Positions 39,344 to 49,930 of a stretch of DNA of 64,000 nt are shown here, in pieces; the first letter of the stretch is position 1; each line of letters begins with the position of its first letter. Origin of the DNA: a virus (Duplodnaviria > Heunggongvirae > Uroviricota > Caudoviricetes); the IMG/VR virus record IMGVR_UViG_3300042868_008486, positions 44,810 to 108,809 of that record; one strand, written 5' to 3'. Both the position numbers and the translations under genes were made by a program. The notes under the pieces were generated by a model, which saw nothing but the letters and a program-made list of their open reading frames with translations, did no database searches and was not told the origin of the DNA.

Positions 39344-40153
39344 TTAAAGTTTTTTTGCGAGTTTTAAAAACCCTAAAGCTATTTCGTAATTTGAATCACT
39401 GAGTGCTGATTTTAGTGAGGTATAGCTACCATTATTTAGTTTTGCCTCCCATTCTTTATCCTTGGTTAGTTTATAGGTCCATTGTTCGTCACCTTTTATT
39501 TTATATTCACCAGGTTCCCAACTTTTAAATTCTTTTTCTTTAGATGAGCTCGCACCATTACCACTACTACTTCCACTACCACCAACTTTAATGTCGTTAG
39601 GTAATTCCTTTGGGTTACACATTGTGTATTTTAAGAAGTATTGTCTAATTTTAATTGGTTTGGATATGTTTAAATCAAGAACAGGGGTCCAATTACAGAA
39701 TTTTGGGTTCTTAGATTTTAATCCTGACAATTGACCTTGAGCTCGACTATCAGCACCACCACCTGCGGAACCTCTACTAGCCACACCGACGTAAGCTTTA
39801 CCATCAGTACTTTCATCAATTACGGCTTCCCATTCAACGGTATAATCACTATTAACTCTAATTGAAATACTTTTAACGTCAGGTTTAATCCCTTTCTTTG
39901 CTAATTCCACCAATACTTGGTTAATACCTTTTCCTTGGTCTAATTTAACTTTTGATGAGAAGTTTGATGGTATCGGTCCACCTGTTAACATATAACCTCC
40001 GAAATGGTCTGATTTTCGTCTATCAAACGAGTGTAAGGCATCACCATCACCTTTTGGTGCTTGGTAACTACCACTTAATTTTATTGGTAAACTAACCGAT
40101 TCAGTTAGTAATTCCTCCTTTAATATTCTTTTTATATTTTCTTTAATATTCAT
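39344..40153 (-). CDS. MNIKE..ILKEE-leader protein (start corrected to 40153)
   Basis: Gly/Ser linker, then YKIKGDEQWTYKL...W domain shared with 18455. Confidence 0.65.
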   Translation of the reverse strand: MNIKENIKRILKEELLTESVSLPIKLSGSYQAPKGDGDALHSFDRRKSDHFGGYMLTGGPIPSNFSSKVKLDQGKGINQVLVELAKKGIKPDVKSISIRVNSDYTVEWEAVIDESTDGKAYVGVASRGSAGGGADSRAQGQLSGLKSKNPKFCNWTPVLDLNISKPIKIRQYFLKYTMCNPKELPNDIKVGGSGSSSGNGASSSKEKEFKSWEPGEYKIKGDEQWTYKLTKDKEWEAKLNNGSYTSLKSALSDSNYEIALGFLKLAKKL

Positions 40154-40457
40154 CACATTCTTCATTATAGAATTGTTTTAAGTCATTTAACATATATTTT
40201 TTAATATATTCAACACCTTCTTCATATGTTAACCAATTAGACACAGGACCATCCATACCATCACCAACCTCAATAAGGTCCACAATTTCAGCATTAATAC
40301 CTCTAATAAATCTTTCAAAACTTTCAAATTCACAAGGGTTTTGGGTAACATAACAATCCCATATAAACGCATCAAATCCACCGACTCTTCGTTTAAATTC
40401 GTTTGAGAATTGTATATCTTCCCTTAACACTCTTCTTATAGTTTCTTGTAAGTTCAT
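40143..40457 (-). CDS. MNLQE-leader protein (start corrected to 40457)
   Basis: MNLQETIRRVLRE; NPCEFESFE shared with NPCRFETYE of 50399. Confidence 0.65.
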   Translation of the reverse strand: MNLQETIRRVLREDIQFSNEFKRRVGGFDAFIWDCYVTQNPCEFESFERFIRGINAEIVDLIEVGDGMDGPVSNWLTYEEGVEYIKKYMLNDLKQFYNEECDEY

Positions 40458-40458
40458 A

Positions 40459-40938
40459 TCACATACTTTGTTTAATTTTATCACCAACCTTTTGGAAGAA
40501 TTCTAATAGACCCTCTTCAAGTTCGTCATCAAACTCTTCATAATCATCACCATTATGTAAATCAAATGAATGAACGTCGTAGTTCTCATCGGCATACATA
40601 GTAGCATAATATTCTTCACCATCAATAAAGAATTCACCCGTATGTTTATATTCCATAGGGTCTTCGTCCCATTCTTCGGTTTCTTCGTAAATGAATTTAA
40701 CATCATAATCATCAACAGTATCGTTAAACTCATAACCTGAATCAATACTCACGATATCTTCCAATTCATCATCAACAACATCTTGTGATTTATTATCTAA
40801 GTATTGTTTTTCGGCATTGGATAATGATTCCATTCCGAATTGATTAATTTTATCTAAAATACGATTGGTTAATTCATCATTTTCACTGATGATACCCATC
40901 ATTTCTTTAATCCTATTTATATTTTCGTGTAGGTTCAT
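40459..40938 (-). CDS. MNLHE-leader acidic protein
   Basis: RILDKINQFGMESLSNAEKQYLD motif; C-terminal half similar to 5415. Confidence 0.7.
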   Translation of the reverse strand: MNLHENINRIKEMMGIISENDELTNRILDKINQFGMESLSNAEKQYLDNKSQDVVDDELEDIVSIDSGYEFNDTVDDYDVKFIYEETEEWDEDPMEYKHTGEFFIDGEEYYATMYADENYDVHSFDLHNGDDYEEFDDELEEGLLEFFQKVGDKIKQSM

Positions 40939-41714
40939 TACTTTTTTATCTCTGGAAGTTTAGTGTCTTTAATAAATTTACCGTGGGACTTTTTATAAGA
41001 ATTTTTAGTCTCATCATTAGCATCTTTAGTGTATTGCCAATTCCAATAAAACTTATCATTTGGCTTGAATCCGTAAAACTCGTGAACTTTCTTCTGTACT
41101 TCAGTAACATTCTCACCATTCCAATTTTGACCAACACAGATAAATCCCGATTCAATATCTTTAACAAGATTAGATTCCCCTAATGTTGAATGTATATTTT
41201 CAATCCAAGTTAGTCGTTCAATTAAATTTTGGTAATACATATTTGTTTGTCCCCATCTTACGGAACTAAAGAATATCACGGCATCAGATTCAAATAGTTC
41301 TTTAGAAATTTTCCATAACTCATCTGATTTATTGTTAAGACTAGCCCAACATCTATGATTACCTGATGGGTTCTTATCTTTATCTTTAAGCATCGCTTTC
41401 ATTAGTCCACAAGAATTACCATCCTTTCTTGATACATTACCTTCACAAGGGAATATTTTAAGTTCGGGAACATCTATTAGAACTGACTTATCCCCCAACT
41501 CATCGTGGAGGTACATCGCAATCATTTTTGATTTTGGGATATCAACATCTTTATCATCCCAATTATATCTATTGGAACAACTAAGTAGTAGGACTTTTTT
41601 CTTATCTTTAAGACTATCTAAAGTATTCTTTAAGGCTTTCCAAGCATCTGATTGGACCATTTCCTCAGAGACCATCATTTGTCTAATCCTTATTATGTTT
41701 TCTTGTAGATTCAT
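40938..41714 (-). CDS. MNLQE-leader flavodoxin-fold protein (NADPH-dependent FMN reductase / iron-sulfur flavoprotein-like)
   Basis: VLLLSCSNR, KIFPCEG...C...C, ESDAVIFFSSVRWG...LIERL; TATTTAT-N4-ATG. Confidence 0.75.
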   Translation of the reverse strand: MNLQENIIRIRQMMVSEEMVQSDAWKALKNTLDSLKDKKKVLLLSCSNRYNWDDKDVDIPKSKMIAMYLHDELGDKSVLIDVPELKIFPCEGNVSRKDGNSCGLMKAMLKDKDKNPSGNHRCWASLNNKSDELWKISKELFESDAVIFFSSVRWGQTNMYYQNLIERLTWIENIHSTLGESNLVKDIESGFICVGQNWNGENVTEVQKKVHEFYGFKPNDKFYWNWQYTKDANDETKNSYKKSHGKFIKDTKLPEIKK

Positions 41715-41754
41715 AACAATAAATATTGTCCAATAACAAATAATTTCGGACTAA

Positions 41755-44700
41755 TTACTTATTCAAGTAATAACCAACTAAGAACGACAATGTGACCGCA
41801 ACCCAATAGAAGAGGGATTTAATTTTAAACGCTGATTTATTAGTCTCACCATTCACTACAACTGATGTTGCGAATATCCAACAGAATGCCAACATCAATA
41901 CCATCACTAAAAATAAAACTATCTTCATATCATATATTTTTATCAAATATAGTAAAAATTATCCTTGTTCATATGAAGCATCAACAATTATAAAATCATC
42001 ATCAACAACAAACCTATAATCTCGTGACCAACCTTGTGTATCACTTTCATTTTGACCTCCCGTTTCACTGAAACAGAATATTAAGAAAGGGTTTTGATAG
42101 TAACATTCGTCAGGTAATAATTCAACCTCACTATCTTTAATAAATGATTTTATCACCTCAATTGAATTGACTTTATTATCATCTTCCATACAATCCATTG
42201 AAGTTTCTAAACAAACCTCATTCTCCCAAATCTCACCCCAATCTATATACTTATTGATATTCATATACCTCAAAGGTTTTACCTGACATTCCCTTTAATT
42301 TTTGAATCCAATCTTTAGCCTCTTGGTCAGTGTCAAAACTTCTACTGAAGGTTGATTTATAACCTAAATTAACCTCAACGTAGGATTTAACCCAAACTTC
42401 TTTAGATTCAGATATACCACCAATAATACCAACATCTTTAATGATATAACCACACTTAATTAAATAATCTTCAGAAATAAATAACCAAAACACATCACCG
42501 TCACCATAATCGTAATAACTATGTCTACGTTCATAGAATCCTTCAGGTTTAATATCTAAACCACTCTCCCATTTAAACCATAGAAACTTTTTGTACTTTC
42601 GAGTTATCGTTTCGTTTCTCCACTTATAAGTGTCATTATGATATGACGGTCTAAAACTAATCTTACCAATAAGATTAACATCAAAATTTATTTCCATATT
42701 ACAACTTTTCTATTTTAACATCAATTGTCACTTTCACTTCTTCATTAACGTGGTGTCTCAACATACTATCTATGAAATCACTTGGTGCCGATAAACTAAC
42801 AGAGTTTTCACCTGTTCTTGTTTCAATCACCATATTGTCTTTGGCTTCAAATACTCTACCTGAGTATACACCCCACGTTTCTCTTAAAACTTGTCCCATA
42901 ATTCATATTATTTTTATGACCACGCAGCTAAAAGTTCTTCAAGATATTTTACCCTATCTTCTTTACCTTCCACACCTCGTATTTCGTTTAGTTCTTTGTT
43001 TATTGTATCTAAAGCGTGGTTATGTACTGATTGATACATTTCCGCCATTCTTCTTGGCATATCCTCCGTCGGTATTCCTTCTATTGAATCCGCAAGACTT
43101 CTTGCTTGTATGTTTTTAACTATAGGAAATCTAATATCCTCCCATTTTGTTTTATCTTCCATTATATCTTATATTTTTGAATATCCACTCATCATCTTCA
43201 TCGAAGTAATAACTCATAGTACTTTTGTTATCAGTTACTGATACGAAACATTCATACTCGTGACATATCTCTTCACATAGTAATGTATCAATCATTTTGA
43301 TATCATCACCCTCAACATTTATATTTATACTAAACAACTCATCATCTTCGTTATAATTAACCTCTGAGGTTGCGTCAGGATAATCCTGTTTGAATCGGTC
43401 AACAATGTTATTACCAAGTTCACCTAAAACACTTGTATCGTCGGTGTAGATGTAAAATTCAACTATTACCATATTATTTCATTTTATTAAATCGTCTTTC
43501 AACTATCTCTTCTAATTTGTCAGTGATTTCTTTTTCAATCTCATCATCAAGGTTATACCACCAATCATCGAATCCATTTCTATCACATAATTCATCAATG
43601 ATTTCACCAACACATTTTTTAATCTCTCGTTTTTCCATCATTCCACCATTTTGAATGTTGTTGATTTAACACTATTATTTAATCTTTGGGATTCAAACTC
43701 TTTTTCTCTATTAATAGCACTCAACGCACTTTCTTCAGTTGTGTGTATAATACCATTAACATTTTCCCAAACAATTCTTGGTCTTTTAATCCAACCACCA
43801 TTAATTTCCATTTTCATAACTTGAGCAACATATCGTTTCTCACCGTTATTTAATTCATCAATTTTAATTCTATATCTACTCATCATTAAAATGTTTCTCA
43901 AAATAAAATATAACTTTATTTTCTGTTACATTCAATAAACCATAATCTTTTGCTAATCTAAAGTTAGGTGTGTCACGTTCCAATCTGTTTATGGAATTTT
44001 GAACCACTTCTCTAAACATTCCTAAAGAAAAGGTTGATTTCCATTTATTACATCTAACACAAGATGGATTTAAATTATCCATATCGTCAGTTCCTCGCTC
44101 AACACCCCAAACAACAAGTGTTTCATCTTTATCATTACGATATAGCGGTTTGATATGGTCTATCTGCATTTGTTTCATAGTTATTTCAGTTCCACAATAT
44201 GCACACTTTTTATCACATTTTAACCAAACTTCTTCCCTGTTAATTTTCATACCAATTCTCATTTGGATTATCGTGTGCGATTACTACGAAAGCAACACCA
44301 TTACCTGGGTCTTTACTTGAGAAAGAATAAAAACCATTACAATATTTCGTCGGGTCTTTAGTCGCCAAACATATTTCACCATTTTTACCAGGCCGTCTTT
44401 CATAGACATAACAATAACCTTTATAATCTATGTGGTCAAGCACTCTTGTTCCGTCATTCATTTTTGTCTAAAATAATTAATACTCCGTTTTGAAATTGGA
44501 TGTTCTTTACCTTTAGTATCTTTAACCATATACAAACCCGCTTTAGTTTTTTTGGTTATAATAAAAACCTCATCAGATTTATAACTTCTCCAAGGTTGTG
44601 ACATTCTCAAATCCCCACCAAAATCAATTGTAGTTTCTTTCCCTATGTAATCTTCTTCAGTCATAATATCCTCAATTGTTTCTTTTTGCCCATAAGCTAA

Positions 44701-45639
44701 TGGTGACGGCATACCACTGTAATGACACCATAAATCATCATCCAAATTTTCTTCTTTCATTTTATATCTTTAAAAAATTGTTGAACAATATAATCAGGTG
44801 CGGGTAAAATATCAAGACGGTGAGCAATCTCAGTTAAACCAAATTCTTCATCACTCATTAATTCCTTTCTTAAATTAGTCGCATCAACTATTGTTGGTTC
44901 TTCCCAATATCCAACAAAGTGTAAGATATCCATCATTTCACCTTCTTGAGTTGGGTCAATAACCATCAACCCATATTTAATATCTTTTATATTATGTTCT
45001 TTACTCATCTTTATTTAACTTTTCCAATAGATTATTCATAGTGTCCATAATAGTTTCACCAACAGAATAAGGACACGGACTAACATTTTCTTCTAACCAT
45101 TCTTCAAGTCGGTATGAAACCTCTTCATTATTTACCTCTTGTACAAAACTAGCATCTTCCTCAGCCATAAATGCAACATAACCCTTAAACCTTAAATTAA
45201 TTAATGTTAGTGGATAGATATCTTCCCACGTTTTATAAACTCGTTTACTCATCTTTGTTTTGTTTTTAATAATCTACTCCAAATTTTTATTACCATATCT
45301 CTTTTAGGTGATGGTTTTAAAGTTTTCCATCTATCAATCCAATGTTGTATTTCTTCTTTACTCATAATATTAATTTAACGTCATTGTTCCTTGGAATTCG
45401 TGACTTGTTTTTAACTTAACCTCAGCCAATGTTTCAAATTCTGATATTTTACTTTCTTTAATACCAATAACCACATCAACCATATTACCACTATTTTGTT
45501 TTCTATCGTACTTCTCAAGACCCAAATGGTCAATAGTATTTATTTGACCCTTAACCATAAAGAGAGCGTATAAAAACTTACTCATCTTTTTATCACTGAC
45601 AGGTATTTTAACATACCTATAAACTAATTCTTCATTCAT
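41755..45639 (-). other. Block of ~14 small hypothetical genes
   Basis: Packed ORFs with ATGA overlaps; includes unlisted 38-aa ORF 45249-45365. Confidence 0.6.
43876..44250 (-). CDS. HNH endonuclease (start corrected to 44250)
   Basis: CAYCG...MQIDHIKPL...NLNPSCVRCNKWK. Confidence 0.9.
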   Translation of the reverse strand: MKINREEVWLKCDKKCAYCGTEITMKQMQIDHIKPLYRNDKDETLVVWGVERGTDDMDNLNPSCVRCNKWKSTFSLGMFREVVQNSINRLERDTPNFRLAKDYGLLNVTENKVIFYFEKHFNDE

Positions 45640-46063
45640 AATAACTAACAGTTTCGTTTTTATACTCTAATTTTATTTCATTAGATGGTACGGGATATAA
45701 CTCATCAATCTCTTTGTGAGAAACTTCATAAAAATCAAATGGGTCAAATACCGAATATGTTTTAGATGCTAGGTCCAACCTTTCTTCAATACTCAACTCA
45801 CGTTCAACAATCTTTAATCCCCACCTTTCTGAGAACACACTATTGATTTTACATTTGTTAATGAATTCTTCATTAGTGTGTGGTCTATAACCATATTGAA
45901 ATGTAGGATTTGAAAAGTGTTCGTAATAACCATCAAATTCAACTAAACAATCATCTAAATAACCTTTTATTTTATCAAAACCATTGTTCACCCCTTCAAT
46001 AATATAAACATTATACTCATTATATACTTCATTAATTATCTCGTCGTATCTTTCTTTACTCAT
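45632..46063 (-). CDS. Stand-alone protein built from ThyA-insertion-like segments (start corrected to 46063)
   Basis: TNEEFINKCKINSVFSERWG and RELSIEERL match ThyA insert segments. Confidence 0.65.
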   Translation of the reverse strand: MSKERYDEIINEVYNEYNVYIIEGVNNGFDKIKGYLDDCLVEFDGYYEHFSNPTFQYGYRPHTNEEFINKCKINSVFSERWGLKIVERELSIEERLDLASKTYSVFDPFDFYEVSHKEIDELYPVPSNEIKLEYKNETVSYYE

Positions 46064-46454
46064 AATAACTAACAGTTTCGTTTTTATATTTAAGTCTATA
46101 TTGTTTGGTGGGGATGTTAAATTTATCACAATGATAGATTTGTTGTTCAACTAATGCAGGATATTTTTCTTGTATTTTACCACCCATCAATTCAATCCTG
46201 TCTTTATCACTCAACTCTAATTCCCAAATCTTAACATCCAATTGAAACTCTTTAAGAACACTACCACCATTCTTTATTTCCTCAATCAATTCTTCTTTGG
46301 TTAATCTTTTTGGATATGGAGCACTAAATGGGGGATAATACGAATCAAATAGTTTATCGTATTTTTTGTATACCACATCAATAATCTCGTTGAATCTATT
46401 TTTCCAAACTAAATTATGTGCAGGTCCTTCGAACATTTCAGCAATACTTTTCAT
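46056..46454 (-). CDS. Tandem paralog of 45632 gene
   Basis: CDKFNIPTK; identical C-terminus YKNETVSYYE (29-bp DNA repeat 45636-45664 / 46060-46088). Confidence 0.65.
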   Translation of the reverse strand: MKSIAEMFEGPAHNLVWKNRFNEIIDVVYKKYDKLFDSYYPPFSAPYPKRLTKEELIEEIKNGGSVLKEFQLDVKIWELELSDKDRIELMGGKIQEKYPALVEQQIYHCDKFNIPTKQYRLKYKNETVSYYE

Positions 46455-46699
46455 TGTCTTTCTCTTGGATGTAACAAAATACCATTAGGTGTTAGTTGTG
46501 AATCACTTAAAACATTAAATTCACCATCCCACCAATTAGCTCTAGGTTTTTTCATAACGAGTGTTGATGTGACATACCCTGTTAAGTTAAAACCGTTTTC
46601 ATAACCCGGTATTAATACCAACATATCATCGTCATACTGACTTAATATCTCAACCAATTCTTTTTTTGTCATACCATTTATTTTTGTAAATATAATCAA
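46451..46699 (-). CDS. Small hypothetical protein
   Basis: MTKKELVEILSQYDDDMLV..GYE.G pattern. Confidence 0.55.
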   Translation of the reverse strand: MIIFTKINGMTKKELVEILSQYDDDMLVLIPGYENGFNLTGYVTSTLVMKKPRANWWDGEFNVLSDSQLTPNGILLHPRERQ

Positions 46700-46713
46700 A
46701 ATTATTCAATAAT

Positions 46714-47289
46714 TTACCCCCTTAACTTATTATAATATGAAATTGGTTGATTCCAAAGGGTACATTTTTTACCATAGTAGTTATAAACCGATTCCCAAAA
46801 CAAAAAATCTTTTTGATTAACACCCTTAATATGTGTTTTTGGCCATCTACATTCAGTTAAAGATGAGTGATGTGAAATAACGTTACCGGTATCAATTCTA
46901 CCATATTTTGGATAATTAGCTTTTAATCTTATCCCACCGACCTTTTTTGTCTGTTCACCAACCAACATACCAATAAAGTTATGCTCAAGACATTCACGAT
47001 ATTTGAGATACATATTTTCGTGAAAAATAGTATCATCATCTAAAAAACAAAAGTAACCATCATTTATAGTTTCAAGAACCGCATTTCGTTTAGATGTTGT
47101 ATCAGTATCTTCACAATCAACATTATATAACCTGATTCTTTTATCAGTTTTAATAAAATCATTAGTTAAATCTTCTCTTTTGTTTGACTTGGAAATATGC
47201 CAAATTAAATCTTCATTAAGATTAATTGAATTATATATTTTCTCAAGATATTCAAACCTATATAAAGCCGTTATAATATGTAATGTCAT
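46714..47289 (-). CDS. Glycosyltransferase, GT-A fold
   Basis: LHIITALYR; SKRNAVL; YFCFLDDDTIFH; IDTGN. Confidence 0.8.
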   Translation of the reverse strand: MTLHIITALYRFEYLEKIYNSINLNEDLIWHISKSNKREDLTNDFIKTDKRIRLYNVDCEDTDTTSKRNAVLETINDGYFCFLDDDTIFHENMYLKYRECLEHNFIGMLVGEQTKKVGGIRLKANYPKYGRIDTGNVISHHSSLTECRWPKTHIKGVNQKDFLFWESVYNYYGKKCTLWNQPISYYNKLRG

Positions 47290-47915
47290 TGGGTGTATAT
47301 TTTAAATTTGGACAAATCAGGATATGGTAATTCTACATCCTCATTTATTATTTTATTACCTTTATTATCATAAAATTGATTCATCATTAATAAACCTCTC
47401 ACAGATATTTCAGGCATCATATAAAAATTCCAACCCAACATATCAAATTCATCGTCGTGATAAGAACATTCATTACGACCACTAAATCTTGCACGTTTAA
47501 ACCATTCATACGCTTTAACATCATCAGTCAGTATTGCACCACCTTTTGATAATTTTAAATGTTTATACGCACCTGTAAATGACAAACACATATGTGTATT
47601 AGGTTTATACATATCCGCAGTAAACCTTAATGCCGAATCCCAAACTTTAGTTGGTTTTAATTGGTAAGCCCCCTTCAATTTGTCACTCCCAATTTCATAA
47701 AATTTAACCTTACCACCTGCGTGTATTATTTCACAAGGTACTGATGGATAAGTTCTATTAGGGATTTCAATTTCTTTTCCTTTTATACCTTCATAATATA
47801 ACGATAAAAACAACGCATTACTTTGATTATCCACTGTTACCACATATGGAGCACCTGTGTAATCAGAAATCTTTTTTTCAAATTCTTCAGTAATTTTATA
47901 TATACCTTCAGCCAT
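47286..47915 (-). CDS. Short DegT/DnrJ/EryC1/StrS PLP-dependent sugar aminotransferase
   Basis: FEKKISDYTGAPYVVTV.N.SNALFLSL; WDSA; SFTGAYKHL..SKGGAILTDD; GWNFYM. Confidence 0.85.
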   Translation of the reverse strand: MAEGIYKITEEFEKKISDYTGAPYVVTVDNQSNALFLSLYYEGIKGKEIEIPNRTYPSVPCEIIHAGGKVKFYEIGSDKLKGAYQLKPTKVWDSALRFTADMYKPNTHMCLSFTGAYKHLKLSKGGAILTDDVKAYEWFKRARFSGRNECSYHDDEFDMLGWNFYMMPEISVRGLLMMNQFYDNKGNKIINEDVELPYPDLSKFKIYTQ

Positions 47916-48552
47916 TTTCTCTAATTATTTTACAAGGGTTTCCATACGCAACAACATTATCGGGAATGTCTTTAGTAACTAATGAACCAGCACCAATTAT
48001 GGTATTATCACCTATCTTAACACCATCAATTATGTTAACACCAATACCTATTTGACAACACTCACCAATTGTTACATTACCTGCAATATTAACGCCAGGG
48101 TTTATTGTACTATATTCACCAATTACGGTATGATGACCAATACTAACATTTCTATTAATAAAAACAAAATCACCAATTTTAGTGTGTCCTGCAATACAAG
48201 ACATAGTATTAATAACAACGCCTTTACCAATATCAATAGTGTCAGAGACATCGCTATTCTTTGAAATTAAACTCACATAAGAATTATCATCTAAATCTTT
48301 GAAGGTCTCTCGGACTTTCTTTCTCAAATGTGGTTTTACAACCCCTAAAGTTATTAGTTCATTTTTTATTGTTGCAGCATTATCAACAATTTTTATTAAA
48401 AATTTGGGATGTTCGTATTCTTTAATTGGTTCCAACCCCAAATTATTTACCACATTAATCTCAGGATAATTATCTTGTGAGTCTAAAATATCCAATAACA
48501 TTGTTATTGTTGCCTCACTAAACCCTAGTATTATTAATTTTTCTATTACCAT
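47908..48552 (-). CDS. Sugar N/O-acyltransferase, NeuD/PglD hexapeptide-repeat family
   Basis: Left-handed beta-helix repeats, catalytic SIGHH, C-terminal VTKDIPDNVVAYGNPCK. Confidence 0.92.
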   Translation of the reverse strand: MVIEKLIILGFSEATITMLLDILDSQDNYPEINVVNNLGLEPIKEYEHPKFLIKIVDNAATIKNELITLGVVKPHLRKKVRETFKDLDDNSYVSLISKNSDVSDTIDIGKGVVINTMSCIAGHTKIGDFVFINRNVSIGHHTVIGEYSTINPGVNIAGNVTIGECCQIGIGVNIIDGVKIGDNTIIGAGSLVTKDIPDNVVAYGNPCKIIRENG

Positions 48553-49351
48553 ACCCCAATTCTCTAAATTCTTTAGGTGTCATTATAATAACCCCCAATT
48601 CTTCTTTGATTTTATTAATTCGATTTAATAGCCACATATTTGTTGTTTTATTTTTACCAACAGAATATAAGTTATCCTCAAGACCAATTCTAATACCATC
48701 AGCATATAATAAACCCATTATATTTGATTTCAATTGTTCTTTACCTATACCACCTAAACAAAGTATACTATTTTTAGGTTTATTAGTCAATATTGACGAA
48801 ATTGTCGGTAAATCAGATTGAGCATTGTATATATTACCCAAAATAACATTGATATAATGAGGTCCGTCAAGTATACCTTTATTAATTAAATAATTAGTGT
48901 AGTTTAACATACCACTATCAAAACATTCGATTTCAGGTATAACACCATATGTTTTCATTTTATCAATTAACTTTAAAATCATATCGGGAGAATTAACCGA
49001 CTCACCCGTTGGAAAATTGATTGATGACATAGTTAGAGAACCCATATCAGGTAATAATTCCAAAACTTCTGACCTTAAATTAAAGTCAGGTTCCAATCTA
49101 CCCGTAAGTGAGGTACAAATAACCAAATCAGGACAGTGTTGTCTAATACCTTCAATTATTGGTCTATAATGGTTTTTATCATTACTATTTTTTAGTGTCT
49201 CAGGATGTCTTGAATGGATATGTGTCATTGTTATCCCATATTCATATGCCTCGTGAACCTCCTCAATAATTTGATTTGGTTCAAGTGGTGCGTATGAATT
49301 CTCTCTAGTAGGTTGTGTACCTGTTGGTGCAAAATTAATTATTTTTTTCAT
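48518..49351 (-). CDS. kce: Beta-keto acid cleavage enzyme (BKACE / 3-keto-5-aminohexanoate cleavage family, DUF849)
   Basis: APTG, PLEP..I..E...A...G....HIH.R, PE.E.FDSG, RIGLEDNLY. Confidence 0.9.
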   Translation of the reverse strand: MKKIINFAPTGTQPTRENSYAPLEPNQIIEEVHEAYEYGITMTHIHSRHPETLKNSNDKNHYRPIIEGIRQHCPDLVICTSLTGRLEPDFNLRSEVLELLPDMGSLTMSSINFPTGESVNSPDMILKLIDKMKTYGVIPEIECFDSGMLNYTNYLINKGILDGPHYINVILGNIYNAQSDLPTISSILTNKPKNSILCLGGIGKEQLKSNIMGLLYADGIRIGLEDNLYSVGKNKTTNMWLLNRINKIKEELGVIIMTPKEFRELGYGNRKINNTRV

Positions 49352-49622
49352 CTATTTTCTTTAGAATTATACAATAGTTCTCATCTAATTTATTTCTAAC
49401 ACCACCTGTAGGATAAATTGTTTCAAGTGATTTTGGGACATATTTCACATAACGTTCAGTAACAATTTCCACCTCACCTTTACCATAAACCTCATCACAG
49501 TTTTCTTTGGATAGTTTATCTATTGACCCATCAACTTTAAGCATTATTTTATCTGTTGTTGCAATTGTGTTATCATTTTCATCAACCAAATAATAATCAC
49601 CAAAATCTAATTGTAGTTCCAT
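49335..49622 (-). CDS. Hypothetical protein, first gene of the sugar operon (start corrected to 49622)
   Basis: Stop overlaps the BKACE start region. Confidence 0.55.
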   Translation of the reverse strand: MELQLDFGDYYLVDENDNTIATTDKIMLKVDGSIDKLSKENCDEVYGKGEVEIVTERYVKYVPKSLETIYPTGGVRNKLDENYCIILKKIDEKNN

Positions 49623-49702
49623 ATATATTAATTTACATAAAAATAGTAATTTCGATTTTAATAGTCTATTTATATCTAAATAAACATTTAACAAATTAGG
49701 AA

Positions 49703-49867
49703 ATGAATAAAGAACAAACTTTAGGAATTGTTAGACACGTATTAACCTTTTTAGGTGGTATTGTAGTTATGAAAGGATTAGCATCCGATTCAATGATTCA
49801 AGAAATTATTGGAACAACATTAACATTAGTTGGTAGTATTTGGTCGGTAGTTGCTAAACAAAATTAA
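49703..49867 (+). CDS. Putative two-TM holin (Pam3-gp28-like), below ORF-track cutoff
   Basis: MNKEQTLGIVRHVLTFLGGIVVMKGLASDSMIQEIIGTTLTLVGSIWSVVAKQN. Confidence 0.7.
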   Translation: MNKEQTLGIVRHVLTFLGGIVVMKGLASDSMIQEIIGTTLTLVGSIWSVVAKQN

Positions 49868-49930
49868 GATTATTATATAAGAATCATTTTAAATTATATA
49901 TCTTAGTAAAAACATTTAAAGACTCACACT

